From the sequence record PV764603.1: a DNA stretch of 64,000 bases. The stretch is one strand, 5' to 3'. How positions within the stretch are numbered: the stretch's first letter is position 1; every line of letters begins with the position of its first letter. Both the position numbers and the translations under genes were made by a program. The notes under the pieces are model-generated. The model did not search any database and was not told where the DNA came from. It saw only the letters and a list, made by a program, of their open reading frames with translations. Positions 64,000 through 64,000 of the stretch are shown piece by piece.

Positions 64000-64000
64000 A

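Noticed and set aside
1-64000. Alternative genetic code (stop-codon reassignment)
   Set aside because: Recognisable proteins are full length and tightly coupled under the standard code

Overview
A 64-kb segment of a large (probably jumbo) contractile-tailed dsDNA phage genome, read with the standard genetic code. The phage csrA and envelope-type genes suggest a gammaproteobacterial host (inference). Layout: (1) about 1-16 kb, a tightly coupled minus-strand run of small early/accessory genes (SLT transglycosylase, DUF3307, CsrA, lipoprotein, MerC-like, YkuD-like, a secreted Asn/Gly/Ser-rich protein). (2) An SF2 helicase-like gene beside a roughly 0.85-kb non-coding divergence zone with palindromes and direct repeats (candidate origin). 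(3) 18.9-57.9 kb, plus-strand virion and lysis module: scaffold-like, decoration-like, major capsid, tRNA-Asn, neck, sheath, tube, chaperone, tape measure with lysozyme, baseplate, fibres, two lysins, spanins, tailspike and a split BTLCP-like peptidase. (4) A short minus-strand block including a Zn-ribbon/RuvC fusion. (5) A further plus-strand head-gene block running off the end. The most unusual content is a possible post-translational processing system in the tail-tip region: two fibre-like proteins ending in atypical Hint (intein-like) domains, a stand-alone apparently inactive Hint-like protein, and two tandem fibre-like + oxygenase-like cassettes. Also notable are CsrA-type ANGGA sites, a multi-branch RNA-like fold upstream of csrA, a candidate +1 chaperone frameshift and a recurring V-x-A motif in head proteins. 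All family calls are from motif recognition by eye; no database search was run.
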